Shown here one piece after another: positions 46,853 to 57,103 of a stretch of 64,000 bases of DNA (positions within the stretch are counted from its first letter, which is position 1; each line of letters opens with the position of its first letter). A program made the position numbers and the translations under genes. The stretch spans positions 1 through 64,000 of IMG/VR virus record IMGVR_UViG_3300032233_001072, one strand, 5' to 3'. The stretch comes from an uncultured virus (IMG/VR IMGVR_UViG_3300032233_001072) (Duplodnaviria; Heunggongvirae; Uroviricota; Caudoviricetes). The notes under the pieces are model-generated. The model did not search any database and was not told the origin of the DNA. It worked only from the letters and a program-made list of their open reading frames with translations.

Positions 46853-47491
46853 TTAATCATTTGTCTGTACAAGTGTAGTCTGAACAGAGGTAACCTGCTT
46901 AACTCCTATTAAGGCTTCAGACGACAATTCTGACGTCATCTGCAACGTGTATATTTTGCGGAAAATCCGCTTACGGTAGCCAGTCTCCTGATCTAGGAGA
47001 TCGGCGTTCGCCCAGTCCAACATTTCTAGACGGCGAGACGTGTTGTCTGCCGCTATAAGGATGGACCCGAAACGATATGGTGTAACCGTAGTAAGCATTT
47101 TGGCGGTCAATTGACGGTCATGCTGGGCACTACGGCAGTAAGTAGATACCTGATAGGTGATGTCTACAGGCATAAAATCGTTAACTCTTAAGAAATCTTG
47201 CCCCGCAGCATCTCCAATAAGGTCGGCTGTGCTGGGCCAATAAGTTAAATTGTTAGGATGTTCTTCATAATTGGAGTACAAATATACTTCTGAGTGTTGA
47301 CGTGTCCTAGCGTGGTTAATGTCAAGTAACTCAATGGTAATAAAAGGGTAGTGCTTTTCAGTTTCCCCTTCTGGGTAACGGAAAAAGACTTGTACAGGGC
47401 GAGTAGGCTCCCTATCATCGCTTACTGTTAAGCCAGTTAAACGAAGTTTGAGAGCCTCATCTTCAGCAAGAAGGAATCCAGACTTGCTCAT
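46853..47491 (-). CDS. Tail completion/terminator-like protein
   Basis: YPFITIEL, PVDITYQV; upstream of the sheath gene. Confidence 0.6.
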   Translation of the reverse strand: MSKSGFLLAEDEALKLRLTGLTVSDDREPTRPVQVFFRYPEGETEKHYPFITIELLDINHARTRQHSEVYLYSNYEEHPNNLTYWPSTADLIGDAAGQDFLRVNDFMPVDITYQVSTYCRSAQHDRQLTAKMLTTVTPYRFGSILIAADNTSRRLEMLDWANADLLDQETGYRKRIFRKIYTLQMTSELSSEALIGVKQVTSVQTTLVQTND

Positions 47492-47898
47492 TTCTTACCC
47501 AATTGCTTATCAATGCTTATATTAATTCGTTTTTCTAAACGCTTGGCGTTGCTGATTGCGGCTTTACGAAGTACTGGATTAGCCGCAGATTCTGGACCGC
47601 CGTACTCAAGGTTGCGGGCTGTATCCCCATAAGGTGCAGAAACTCCGTATACAAATTGAGCGTTTTCAGCATCATAAGAGATATCAAAAAAATCCATAAT
47701 TTCTTGGTAGTCACTATTCTTTTTAGTAACTTCCTTTTTAATTTCTGACACTTCGTCATTAATTGCTTCATTAAGAGCCGTAGCCAAGATTGAAGGAGAG
47801 TTGCCTAAAGCATGCAACATATAGGTTAGAGGGGATGGAATTCCGCCAATTAACGTACGAGAACCCTTGTTTATATAAGTTGAAGAAGAGCCATTCAT
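47488..47898 (-). CDS. Neck-region protein
   Basis: LEYG....NPVLR motif; position. Confidence 0.55.
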   Translation of the reverse strand: MNGSSSTYINKGSRTLIGGIPSPLTYMLHALGNSPSILATALNEAINDEVSEIKKEVTKKNSDYQEIMDFFDISYDAENAQFVYGVSAPYGDTARNLEYGGPESAANPVLRKAAISNAKRLEKRINISIDKQLGKK

Positions 47899-47964
47899 GG
47901 CGATATCCTCACAAAGTTCTCGGCGTTGGACCTCTTGGCGCTCACCAAGATTACATTTAGTTTA

Positions 47965-48501
47965 TCAAAGATTAGCAATGGTTGAAGGCCAAGGTAGGTT
48001 TTGAATAGTCATGGAGGCAGGACCCGGGTCAAAAAGGAGTTCTTCATTGATATATATTTCGTATCCTTGTATTAATACAAACAAGTCATCTTTGGCTCTC
48101 CCCCGTACACGGTAAGTACCAATCCCGTAATACCGCCCGTCGTACAAAAACATGTCGTTTAGGTGGTTCTGGTATTCAAACGGGTTGACAACTCCTGCAC
48201 TACGAAGGTCCTCCACAGAAGCAATAAACTCAACAACTTGTACAGGCTGGCGACCTTCGGGAATTGCCCGTTTCTGGTCTTCTGTTTCCTCAATGTGCAA
48301 AACAGGCAACTGGATACCAGTTTTGTATTTACGACCACTTGACCCAATGATGCCTTCGTCATATACGCTGTCGTACTGGGAGCCAACACTAGCGGGTGTG
48401 GTAGCCGTCACATACTCAAAGTAAACAACTGTTTCACCATACACACGAGTATGGTTTCGTAAGTGTTTACGTATTTGGGAAAGTTCTCGGCGGGGGTCCA
48501 T
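47965..48501 (-). CDS. Head closure-like protein
   Basis: Position; D.FLYDGRYY. Confidence 0.55.
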   Translation of the reverse strand: MDPRRELSQIRKHLRNHTRVYGETVVYFEYVTATTPASVGSQYDSVYDEGIIGSSGRKYKTGIQLPVLHIEETEDQKRAIPEGRQPVQVVEFIASVEDLRSAGVVNPFEYQNHLNDMFLYDGRYYGIGTYRVRGRAKDDLFVLIQGYEIYINEELLFDPGPASMTIQNLPWPSTIANL

Positions 48502-49298
48502 TAGTAGTAAGTATTTGTCACAATGCCAGTAGTAGGTGGCTCCATGTCCAAGAAGATATCTTCTCGTAGACTGTCGCTTTCAGATTCAATTTGAATATGC
48601 CCTGTGTTTTCTTCAGCAAAGAGGCGTTCAATAGGAGCGTAGTCTCCAATTTCTTGAGAAACGTATAGAGGAACAAGACGGTTTGTTGCACGGGAAACAC
48701 GACGAAGGTTCATAATATCTATGCGTTCTGGGCCAATGTTAAGGTTATTGGCGTGTTTACGGTATTCTGCTTCCCACATAGCAATTAAAGATTGAAGCAT
48801 ACGGAAACGCTGGGAACCGGGGATGTGGATGGATTCAGAGGTGCTTACGTCAATATCTCGTGCATACTCTGTAACAAGGGCTTGTAGAGCCTCTACAAGG
48901 GCGCCTAAGCCCACCACGTCAAAGACTGCGGGTATTACGCCACTTAACGGTACTTTAACCGTATGCTCATGGTAGTTAATTGATCGTTGTGAATAAAACG
49001 TAAGGTCTTCTGGAAGAATCCATTCGTAGTAGTAACCTTCTACAAGGATCTTTGTGTTAGCCGCAGGGGTTGTCGCCAACCGTAAAATACCGTTACGAAC
49101 ATCTAAAGAGTAATTGGCGGCACTGAGCGTTGAAACGGAAGCGCCACTCGTAGAGGCGATCCAAAGAGTAGTGGTGTCAAGGTTGGTGACACCCAGTTCA
49201 TAAGTACGCCCAACGGCGTCAAAAGATACTTGAAAGAACTTAGGGAAGTCCCGTAAGTAAGTTCGGGCAATTTCGGCTACACGCTCAACAATAGTCAC
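48501..49298 (-). CDS. Head-tail adaptor-like protein (leaderless GTG)
   Basis: TAAACT-N6-GTG; IP.SQRFR.L, LRRVSR.TNRLVP. Confidence 0.6.
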   Translation of the reverse strand: MTIVERVAEIARTYLRDFPKFFQVSFDAVGRTYELGVTNLDTTTLWIASTSGASVSTLSAANYSLDVRNGILRLATTPAANTKILVEGYYYEWILPEDLTFYSQRSINYHEHTVKVPLSGVIPAVFDVVGLGALVEALQALVTEYARDIDVSTSESIHIPGSQRFRMLQSLIAMWEAEYRKHANNLNIGPERIDIMNLRRVSRATNRLVPLYVSQEIGDYAPIERLFAEENTGHIQIESESDSLREDIFLDMEPPTTGIVTNTYY

Positions 49299-49316
49299 GT
49301 TAATAGTTTACTTCAA

Positions 49317-49469
49317 CTACTGATCGCCTGAGCCGTCACCGGGCACAGAGTCACTAAGGGGTTGGTTTAGTTCAGGTTGTGTTTCCCTACGACGGTTAGC
49401 CATCATACGAAATACTTTAATAATGTCAGTAGGAGTTCCTGAAGGTGTGGGGATAGGGCGGTCAGCCAT
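49317..49469 (-). CDS. 50-aa hypothetical protein (absent from ORF track)
   Basis: MADRPIPTPSG...GDQ; TAATG coupling and GAAGGA RBS. Confidence 0.65.
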   Translation of the reverse strand: MADRPIPTPSGTPTDIIKVFRMMANRRRETQPELNQPLSDSVPGDGSGDQ

Positions 49470-51154
49470 TATGGTCCTTCCCATTGAACAAGCACAAAAC
49501 CTTTGTGTCCATTGCCACCTGATCCTTTAGCGCCACCGCCGCCTCCACCACCCCATGTGGTTGCAGGTTCTCCTCCTTCGTAGCCGCCGTTTCCGCCACC
49601 GTCTACTCCTATCGCTGCTGTTGGTAAATACCCGTAATCATAATAAACACCTGCTCCGCCTCCGCCACCGCATTGTCCGTTTACACCGGGACCACCTTTT
49701 CCGGCTGAATAGGTAGTAGAAGAATCTCCAGCACCATTGTTTCCAGCACCTCCACCACCAGTGGAATACCCGTATGTAATGTTGTCATATCCAGCGCCAC
49801 CGGGTTGGGTAACCCCGGAGTTACCACCATTTGGCGCTCCAAGAAAAGCAGACACCCCACCAACACCGCCTAGGGCTGAAAAACTAGACCCTGTAGGAGA
49901 GCAAGTGATTGTAGATGTTCCTCCATTAAACCCACTCTTAGCACCGTTGGCTACGGAAGCACCTTGACCTTGTTCACCTACGTCAAGGGTTGCACTATTT
50001 CCATTTATGGTTAAGACTCCGTCAACACGCCGACCGCCTCCCCCACCACCGGCTCCAGCATAGGTTATTCCAGAAGATGTGTATTTACCTGCTCCTCGTG
50101 CACCACCTCCGCCACCGCCAACAACTATCACATTCACAGTGTTTATTTGTGAGCCACCTGTTGGGATAGCGGGATAACTCCACGTAGCAGGACCGGGAGT
50201 AGTAAAGTATTGATAACGATATCCATAAGTATTAAATGTAGTTGTATTGCCTGTTACACTCTTGTTTGCAATTGTTACAGACACCACATTTCCATAAGAA
50301 GTACCACCAGCATTAGTGGCTTCTACACGGTAGTAGTATGTTCCTGCTGGCAAACTCTGAGTTGCTATTATGTATTGGGGAGTTGTATTTGTAACAAGAG
50401 CGTTACTAGCAACAACGGTACCACCACCGGCTTCAACAACCGCTGAACTTGTAGCGTACCTAAACACAGAAGTTGTACTGCTGTTGTTAGGGTTTACAAT
50501 GCCGTTAAAGGTTAATTGTGGTGAGTTATTTTGAGCAACTAATTGAATTATTTGTAACCTATCTTCTTCCAGTGCCACAGATAATGATGGGCTTGTAGTA
50601 CTGGCTGTATTTCCAGTACTTGTAGATACCGGGACACCAGAAACATAGTATCCCCGTAGAAAGAAGCAATGTGTTGCATTTGTAGCAGTTCCATTAAGAG
50701 TTGCGCTATAGCGTGCGATGTTACTTGCGTTTGTTGTAGTGGCAGTAGGAGTTGCTGTAGAGTCATTCCCCGCACTTGTAGTAACTGTAGGTGGTCTCAC
50801 AGGCACAGTTGCTGATCTAATTTCCCCTAATGCAGTTCCACCCAAGTTTGTAGACACAACTCTGTAATAATAAGTTGTGCCAGCGTTATCTGCATTTAAC
50901 CCCGTTTGGGTAAAGAAAACGTCATAGGTGTTGGTACCGTTGGCAACAGCAGTTGCTGGAGAAGTCGTAAGATATGACGCCAAAGTTGACGAAGTGCCAT
51001 AGTGGAATACAACACTGTTATCACTGTTACCAGCACGTTCTATACGCCCGCTAAAAGTTAATTGGGTGTACTGCGTAGGCACAGGAGTAATACTGTTAGT
51101 GCTAACTACTGGAGGGTATTTGTGCCCCCCTGCTACGGCGCCGGGGATCATCAT
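49469..51154 (-). CDS. FN3-like repeats plus glycine-rich domain (fibre/adhesin)
   Basis: TTYYYRVVSTN.GG and TYYYRVEATNAGG; VIVVGGGGGG tract. Confidence 0.75.
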   Translation of the reverse strand: MMIPGAVAGGHKYPPVVSTNSITPVPTQYTQLTFSGRIERAGNSDNSVVFHYGTSSTLASYLTTSPATAVANGTNTYDVFFTQTGLNADNAGTTYYYRVVSTNLGGTALGEIRSATVPVRPPTVTTSAGNDSTATPTATTTNASNIARYSATLNGTATNATHCFFLRGYYVSGVPVSTSTGNTASTTSPSLSVALEEDRLQIIQLVAQNNSPQLTFNGIVNPNNSSTTSVFRYATSSAVVEAGGGTVVASNALVTNTTPQYIIATQSLPAGTYYYRVEATNAGGTSYGNVVSVTIANKSVTGNTTTFNTYGYRYQYFTTPGPATWSYPAIPTGGSQINTVNVIVVGGGGGGARGAGKYTSSGITYAGAGGGGGGRRVDGVLTINGNSATLDVGEQGQGASVANGAKSGFNGGTSTITCSPTGSSFSALGGVGGVSAFLGAPNGGNSGVTQPGGAGYDNITYGYSTGGGGAGNNGAGDSSTTYSAGKGGPGVNGQCGGGGGAGVYYDYGYLPTAAIGVDGGGNGGYEGGEPATTWGGGGGGGAKGSGGNGHKGFVLVQWEGP

Positions 51155-51156
51155 AG

Positions 51157-52158
51157 TTATACGATGTCTCCAAATACCACCCAATTAGTTGCGTCGTATC
51201 TAACTGCTGTAGCAACAGACCACTGTGTACGCAGTTTAGGTGTAGCCCCTACAGCAGAGTTGAGAGTGCCACTAGCAACACTAAACGAAACTTGTGTGGC
51301 AGTTGTTTGCATAAAATGAATTGTGGTGCCGACAACAACAGTTGTGTTTAATTCAGCAACCGGGGTGCTTGCTCCCATTCGTATAATGGTGTTTTCATCA
51401 CCCGCTACGATTGCCCGAGTTCCTGTAGCAACACTGCTTAAAGTTACTGAGCCAAGTTTAGCGCTTGAAATGCTGGCATTAGAGATTGTTGCTACTGCTC
51501 CACTAGTGGTCACGTCGCCAGTTAACTGGGCGTACTCAGCAAGGTTTTCCCATGTGGTTGCTTCAACTTTTACGTATAACTGGGATTGACGACCAGCAGT
51601 GGAAAGGTCCGAACGAACATATAGATCGCCTACATTTCCCAAACTGTTTGCAGGCGCCCCACTCCCTGTACGCACAGGACTAGTGGTTGCAAACACACGT
51701 TTGTCAATAGTTATTTTATTGATAGCCGTGCTGTTAAGCCCACTCTTTACATAGATGGCATATAAAGGAAGTTGACTATCAGTAAGGGTAGGAAATATAG
51801 GGTTTGTAGCGCTGTTAGTTCCGGGGACTATTGCGTAACCGCAGGATGCTCCATTTACTTGGGCACATACAAAGTCAAAGCGTGCGTTTACAGGAGCGGC
51901 TCCTGAGATAACAGTTGCGGCTGGCACAGAGTAAATAACACCATTAACCATTACTTCAGAGGCGGTAAGAGCAATGTTTACGTACGCAGGAGTTGCGTTA
52001 CCTGCGGCAGTTGTAAGGGTGGCGACGGCACCAGTAAAAACAGCGTTACGACGATTACCTACAATTTGGAAATCAAGTGAGTCTGGCTCTGACTGGTCTA
52101 GGGATGCAATTACTGACGCAGCAAGGTCAGTAGCATTAGGTACGGTAAAACCAGACAT
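51157..52158 (-). CDS. Virion fibre/decoration-like protein
   Basis: GSGAPANSLGNVGDLY, LTGDVT, and KLRTQWS..W...GD C-terminus. Confidence 0.65.
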   Translation of the reverse strand: MSGFTVPNATDLAASVIASLDQSEPDSLDFQIVGNRRNAVFTGAVATLTTAAGNATPAYVNIALTASEVMVNGVIYSVPAATVISGAAPVNARFDFVCAQVNGASCGYAIVPGTNSATNPIFPTLTDSQLPLYAIYVKSGLNSTAINKITIDKRVFATTSPVRTGSGAPANSLGNVGDLYVRSDLSTAGRQSQLYVKVEATTWENLAEYAQLTGDVTTSGAVATISNASISSAKLGSVTLSSVATGTRAIVAGDENTIIRMGASTPVAELNTTVVVGTTIHFMQTTATQVSFSVASGTLNSAVGATPKLRTQWSVATAVRYDATNWVVFGDIV

Positions 52159-52166
52159 TGATTACC

Positions 52167-52397
52167 TCACAAGGTGTCGTAGATATTTCCGCTCTTCCGC
52201 AAGTATGCAAAAAGGTCACGGGGGATTTGGTAACGCTTACCGTCTTCAAAGTTAAAAACTAATGCGCCCCAGTGCATGGTCCATGTACCTTTGATACGGG
52301 CAGAAATAGAGTCGTCTTTAATTTCTACCGTAGGGGTGGCTTCTTCAGCAATTTCTTCTACTGGTTCTGCGAATTGACGAGATGATTTGGTTGACAT
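52167..52397 (-). CDS. Small head-associated hypothetical protein
   Basis: AAGGAG RBS; follows the major capsid gene. Confidence 0.7.
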   Translation of the reverse strand: MSTKSSRQFAEPVEEIAEEATPTVEIKDDSISARIKGTWTMHWGALVFNFEDGKRYQIPRDLFAYLRKSGNIYDTL

Positions 52398-52431
52398 AAA
52401 TTCTCCTTTAGTAGTCCTTCAGATTGTACAC

Positions 52432-52472
52432 AAAAAAGAAGAAGGGAGTGGAGCGTTAACCCCACTCCCTTC
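52432..52472 (-). terminator. Intrinsic terminator after the major capsid gene
   Basis: GAAGGGAGTGG/CCACTCCCTTC followed by TTCTTTTTT. Confidence 0.88.
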
Positions 52473-52485
52473 AACTAATTAACAC

Positions 52486-53577
52486 TTAGGACTGAGCGAT
52501 TGCTCCACCCTTAGTGTTGATAAGCACACGGGACTCGTGGGTGATAACACCGAAGCCCCAGATTGCGTACCATGACAAACCATGCTCACGACCGAAGTCA
52601 ATGACGCCACCGTCACGGAGTTCCACTGGCAATGCAATGGCTTGTCCGAAGGCGTTGTCACCAATCATCATCGCTGAGTATGAGTCAGCCGTTGGGTCCT
52701 GATAACCGGCAGATGCTGGGTTGAGGTCAACAATATCTGTGCCAGCCTGACCCTTAAGAACCTGAGTGGTTTCAATGAACACTACGTCGTAAATGCGTCC
52801 GATTTCACCGAGCATGAAGTTGCCGGGAGCGGCGTACTTCGTGACTTCAATGAATTCAGGCCAGTCACGCAATGAACGTGCCTGTGATGGATGTACGAAA
52901 CAAACATAGGTGTCGCCAAGGCGTGGGATGTTCTGGTTAGCCAAAACTTCAACTGCGTCTTTAACGGTTGCAGGTGAAAGGTATCCCGGAGCCGAAGCCG
53001 AGCCAGCAGCCGAGTATTCGTAAGGAGCAATAGAGCCACGGCTTGCGGCAACATTGCGACCGAACACAACACTTGGAGCAACAGCCGCACCGCCACCGAA
53101 AGGAATTCCGGGGCTGTAAAGGGTGTTGCGTGCTTGGATGTCCATGGACTGTGCCATGTGGCGACCGAGCAAGCGGCTGGACGAAGCCATTACGTCGTCA
53201 AATGATGCGTTGAGCAACAATTCGGTGACGGCAACAGCCTGACCTTGTTCTTTAACTGTGATCTGAATCTGGCTTGCGGACAGAGCGACTGGCTCCATAC
53301 GTACACCTTCGGTCAATTCTGCTCCAGAGTAATCATTAACCGAGAGGTTGTTGTAACGCATGAAGTTGATTGTGAGACCGGGCATAACACCGAGTTCAGT
53401 TTTCTTTACAGCAAACTGCTCAAAACGAAGCACTGGCATCGCTTGAAACAAGATTTCTTTTGACCAAATTTGCTGGATTGCGGGAGAGAGCGTTGCATCA
53501 CTTGAGTAACCAGTCGTGGTAATTGAACCGAGACCGGCACCTGTAATAGCACCACCTTGGGGGGCTGGAAGGGCCAT
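52486..53577 (-). CDS. Major capsid protein (N4-gp56-like)
   Basis: G.TINF.RY, LTEGV, VHP.Q...LR, GEIG.I..V.F; strong codon bias. Confidence 0.92.
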   Translation of the reverse strand: MALPAPQGGAITGAGLGSITTTGYSSDATLSPAIQQIWSKEILFQAMPVLRFEQFAVKKTELGVMPGLTINFMRYNNLSVNDYSGAELTEGVRMEPVALSASQIQITVKEQGQAVAVTELLLNASFDDVMASSSRLLGRHMAQSMDIQARNTLYSPGIPFGGGAAVAPSVVFGRNVAASRGSIAPYEYSAAGSASAPGYLSPATVKDAVEVLANQNIPRLGDTYVCFVHPSQARSLRDWPEFIEVTKYAAPGNFMLGEIGRIYDVVFIETTQVLKGQAGTDIVDLNPASAGYQDPTADSYSAMMIGDNAFGQAIALPVELRDGGVIDFGREHGLSWYAIWGFGVITHESRVLINTKGGAIAQS

Positions 53578-53617
53578 TGTGTTTAATCCTCCGTGGATTA
53601 GTAGTTATGTTGGATTT

Positions 53618-54400
53618 TTAAAACCTGCCCCGTGAGGAGCGGGCATTTAGGAGCCTGTCACGCATCTTTTCGTACTGATCCATTGTCATATTGCGAATAT
53701 CATCCGCAGTCACTGTCTGGTATTCCGTTTGAGTTTCCATTGGCCCAATAGGTGGAGCCGTTACCGGCGCCCCCCGCAAGCGTCCCTGAGATTGCTGAGC
53801 CGCTTGTTGGATTGATTCAAGGATAGCAGAACTGCGATCCCTAAGTACACTAATAGATGTTTCAATTTCTTCTTCCGAATTACCACTAACTAAATCTAAT
53901 AATTCTGGAATGATGTTCTCTGATTCGGCGTGGATACGACCTTGACGGTATGTATTCAATTCTTGCAGGCGACGTTCTTTGTCAAGGAGCGCTTCTTGAG
54001 TCTGACGTTGCATTTCAATTTCTTCAAAACGCTTACGATAATCAGATTCTAGATCTTGGATCTTGGCGTTAAACTCGTCTTCACGCTTGAGAAGTAGTTC
54101 CTTAGCCGACATTTCGTCAATTTCACGCTGGCGAAGCAATTCTGTTTCCTGCTTGGCACGGTCTTCAGCCTCTTTACGGGCTGCTTCACGTTCCTGAGCG
54201 ATGGTGTTCATCTGCTCTTCCATTGCTTTTGTACGAAAGTCTGCTTCTTCAATCCGCTTATACAGTTTATCTTTTTCCTGTTTGCGGATACTTTCTACTT
54301 CATCTTCCGTAAAGACTTTGCTCTTGGGAGCCTCTTCTTTTGGAGTTGGGGTGTCACTGGGGATAATGAGGACGTCGCCCTCAGAGGGTTGGTTACCCAT
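53618..54400 (-). CDS. Capsid scaffolding protein
   Basis: Acidic coiled coil ending IRNMTMDQYEKMR; between portal and capsid genes. Confidence 0.85.
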   Translation of the reverse strand: MGNQPSEGDVLIIPSDTPTPKEEAPKSKVFTEDEVESIRKQEKDKLYKRIEEADFRTKAMEEQMNTIAQEREAARKEAEDRAKQETELLRQREIDEMSAKELLLKREDEFNAKIQDLESDYRKRFEEIEMQRQTQEALLDKERRLQELNTYRQGRIHAESENIIPELLDLVSGNSEEEIETSISVLRDRSSAILESIQQAAQQSQGRLRGAPVTAPPIGPMETQTEYQTVTADDIRNMTMDQYEKMRDRLLNARSSRGRF

Positions 54401-54453
54401 ATGTATTCCTACCTTGTTTAGTTGGTCAAATATGAACTTTGTTAATGATTCTT

Positions 54454-56148
54454 CTAGTCATCCTCATCCGGTACTCGTCTCTGAGCGAAACGGGCACCGT
54501 ATGCTTTACTTACCAAGTTGTTTACCATCTGTTCTGCCATCGGACTGATAGCAGGACCCGGTAGTGGTGCGGCACCGCCGCCTCCACCACCTGCTTGAGA
54601 TACATTAGCACCTCCAGCAGAAGCCATCTCGGGACCACCGGGTCCCGGGATCATCCCAGTAGCAAGCATTACTGCTTGACTAATCTGAGCACGAAGCATG
54701 TCAAGAGCGCCTTGGTCTTCGGCGTCATCTTGTAGTTCTTCAAAGATTTCCAGCATCTTCTCATTCGGGAATTCTTCACCAAGTGTGCGTAGAGCACCAC
54801 GCTTGGATTCAAGACCGAGAGCCATCTTTGCTTGAACTTCATTGAGTTTGATAAGAGCATCAACAGGAAGCGGCTCAGGCCAGTGGACACTTGTACGGTA
54901 TGTCAAAGGGTCAGCAGGATCTAATTGAGGAAGTTGATCACGCTCTGGTGGAGCCGCTTTAGTTGGATCGTACACAAGCAACTGTGGCTCAAACAGGGCA
55001 CAAGTACGAATGATGATTTCGTTTACCCGTTCTAAACCCTTAGTAAAGTGCACTTTCTTCATGCTGAAACGGTTCATCATTGGCTGGTATTGGATAGCCA
55101 ATGCGGTACCTGATGTGTTAGATACTGGTTGGAACTGCCCAAGTGCTGTCTCAGGAACACCCGTGATTTCATGCATTGTACGTTTGAGGAACATGATGAA
55201 CTCCATAGCGCCTGCCATGTTTCCACTAGATTCAAGGTTGAAAACGCTTGCATCTTTAGGAAGACCTGCCCAAACTTTCTTAGGTCCACGCTCTAGTTGA
55301 GAAGCCTTAGCACCTGTGATGATGGTCACTGGGGCAGCATGGTAGTTAATGATGTCAGAAACTTCTGCCATCTTCTCATTGAGTTCACGGTTAAGAGGGA
55401 TAACGTCCCAAATATCCGACTGACCCCAAGGTGATGATGAAATAGTTGTGTTTGGAATATGCACAACAGGTACAGTTCCAATTGCATTGGGGTATTCGTC
55501 AATCAACTCATCGTTAATAAACTGCTGTACTAGGTCATCTGTAAGGATTTCCGTGAAGGTGTACACCTGACGGGTACCTTCTGGAGATGTGCCCCAGAAA
55601 CGGTATTTAAGTTTAAAGCGAAGCAAGCGGTCACGGTCGTGAGGGTGGTACTCAGGGAAGCAATGTGCTGGGTTCAAAGGAATGATGCGAACACGACCTT
55701 CGTGTGGGATGTTCGCCCCATCAACGTAAGGTTCTTCATAGGCAACTTTGACAAAGCAGTCACCTGTTACAGAAGCCAACTGCCCCATTTCCCAAAGAAC
55801 GTAGTGCTTGTTATTATCTATATCCCATACTTTGTGGAGTAGGTGGGGGATAATTGCACCGTTTTGTTCTGGGCAACGAAACTGAACGCCTTTACCAAAA
55901 CAGAAGTTGGTGATGTAATCCGACATGGTACGGACATAGTTCATGTAGAACTGTGACTCACCCATCTCACGGCGGTACGACCAGTGGTGACCGAGGTACC
56001 ATGCCCATGCCGCTGAGTATCTATTTAATCGTGGTCCGTGTACTTCAAACTCTTCGTCAGCAAGTTCTACAAGTCCAAGAGGGGAGATGGCAACCGTGAG
56101 GTCGCTAGAAGATGCTCTATATGATGGTGACCAAAAGTCAATTGACAT
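54454..56148 (-). CDS. Portal protein (SPP1-type)
   Basis: NYVR...D, TGD.FV, PVVHIPN, GQSDI, SG.AL. Confidence 0.9.
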   Translation of the reverse strand: MSIDFWSPSYRASSSDLTVAISPLGLVELADEEFEVHGPRLNRYSAAWAWYLGHHWSYRREMGESQFYMNYVRTMSDYITNFCFGKGVQFRCPEQNGAIIPHLLHKVWDIDNNKHYVLWEMGQLASVTGDCFVKVAYEEPYVDGANIPHEGRVRIIPLNPAHCFPEYHPHDRDRLLRFKLKYRFWGTSPEGTRQVYTFTEILTDDLVQQFINDELIDEYPNAIGTVPVVHIPNTTISSSPWGQSDIWDVIPLNRELNEKMAEVSDIINYHAAPVTIITGAKASQLERGPKKVWAGLPKDASVFNLESSGNMAGAMEFIMFLKRTMHEITGVPETALGQFQPVSNTSGTALAIQYQPMMNRFSMKKVHFTKGLERVNEIIIRTCALFEPQLLVYDPTKAAPPERDQLPQLDPADPLTYRTSVHWPEPLPVDALIKLNEVQAKMALGLESKRGALRTLGEEFPNEKMLEIFEELQDDAEDQGALDMLRAQISQAVMLATGMIPGPGGPEMASAGGANVSQAGGGGGGAAPLPGPAISPMAEQMVNNLVSKAYGARFAQRRVPDEDD

Positions 56149-56159
56149 TGTTTAAAACA

Positions 56160-56468
56160 CTACTTCTTTGTAGGAGTTTTGGGAGCGGCTGGTTTTTTAG
56201 CAGCCGCTTTTTTAACTGGCTTAACAACCTTTGTCTCTTCAATTTCTTCTTTAATAGCAGGTAGTTCTTTGATTACTTTGGTAATAAACGAAGCAATTTT
56301 TGGATCACCAAACTTGGTACTTGCGTAAGCAAGAACAATAGTAACTACAGGAACAACGGATGCAATGTACTCAGCGTCTACGTTTGCTTTTGTCAAACCA
56401 TACACAACTGCACCTAGAACAACACCTTTAAGGGTTTGGTCAGTAACTTGGGAACGGGCATTATTCAT
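56160..56468 (-). CDS. Two-TM membrane protein with a K/A/P-rich tail (holin-like)
   Basis: Two hydrophobic helices; KKAAAKKPAA. Confidence 0.6.
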   Translation of the reverse strand: MNNARSQVTDQTLKGVVLGAVVYGLTKANVDAEYIASVVPVVTIVLAYASTKFGDPKIASFITKVIKELPAIKEEIEETKVVKPVKKAAAKKPAAPKTPTKK

Positions 56469-56500
56469 TAGGACTCCTTGGGCTTTCTTTAACTATGATA

Positions 56501-57103
56501 CTAGTTTTGAACAACACAGTTGAACGGGGGTCCAGTGTGTGGGTCAAATCTAGAGGCAATTTGTAGGGCTAGGAGCGCTTCTGAGCGGGCTTTAGCCATT
56601 GTGTAGTCCTTCTTAGGCTTTCGGGCATGCAAAGCGCCTACGGCATACTGAGCACCTGATCCGAGGGCGTAGATGCCACTACGGTCGTTAGACCATGAAT
56701 AATCGCCATTTACAACGTAGATAGTGCTATTGATGACAGCAAGGATGGTTGACCCTTGTTCTGCAACATGCGCCGAACTATCTTTGGTAGGCATGGCATA
56801 CCCTTGTTGCTCAAAGCACCCTCTTAGCGCAGGGATAAATTTCATTGTAAAAAACTTATCTAGTTTTTGACCTTCACATCCTGCTGGTGGTAAGGGAGGG
56901 GTAAAAACGTGGTGAAGGATGTTGATAGCACGAACATCCCCAGCCGCCCCTAATAGGTACTTACCATTGACGGCTACTTTTGCCGAAGTTCCTTTTAGGG
57001 TTGTGGTCATACTTACGTAGCCACTTTCGTCTACATCGCAGATACGGGAATCTGAACCGACTAGGGAAAAGCCTTCTCCTTGGATTGCCACAATAGTAGT
57101 CAT
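56501..57103 (-). CDS. Proteasome-beta/HslV-like Ntn hydrolase
   Basis: M-TTIVA..DSR, K33-like KV, ALGSGAQYA.GAL, D..TG; TAATG start at 57103. Confidence 0.88.
   Translation of the reverse strand: MTTIVAIQGEGFSLVGSDSRICDVDESGYVSMTTTLKGTSAKVAVNGKYLLGAAGDVRAINILHHVFTPPLPPAGCEGQKLDKFFTMKFIPALRGCFEQQGYAMPTKDSSAHVAEQGSTILAVINSTIYVVNGDYSWSNDRSGIYALGSGAQYAVGALHARKPKKDYTMAKARSEALLALQIASRFDPHTGPPFNCVVQN

Noticed and set aside
47899-47964. Possible riboswitch in the intergenic gap
   Set aside because: Only one short hairpin (TCTTGG/CCAAGA) is present and no aptamer consensus was recognised.
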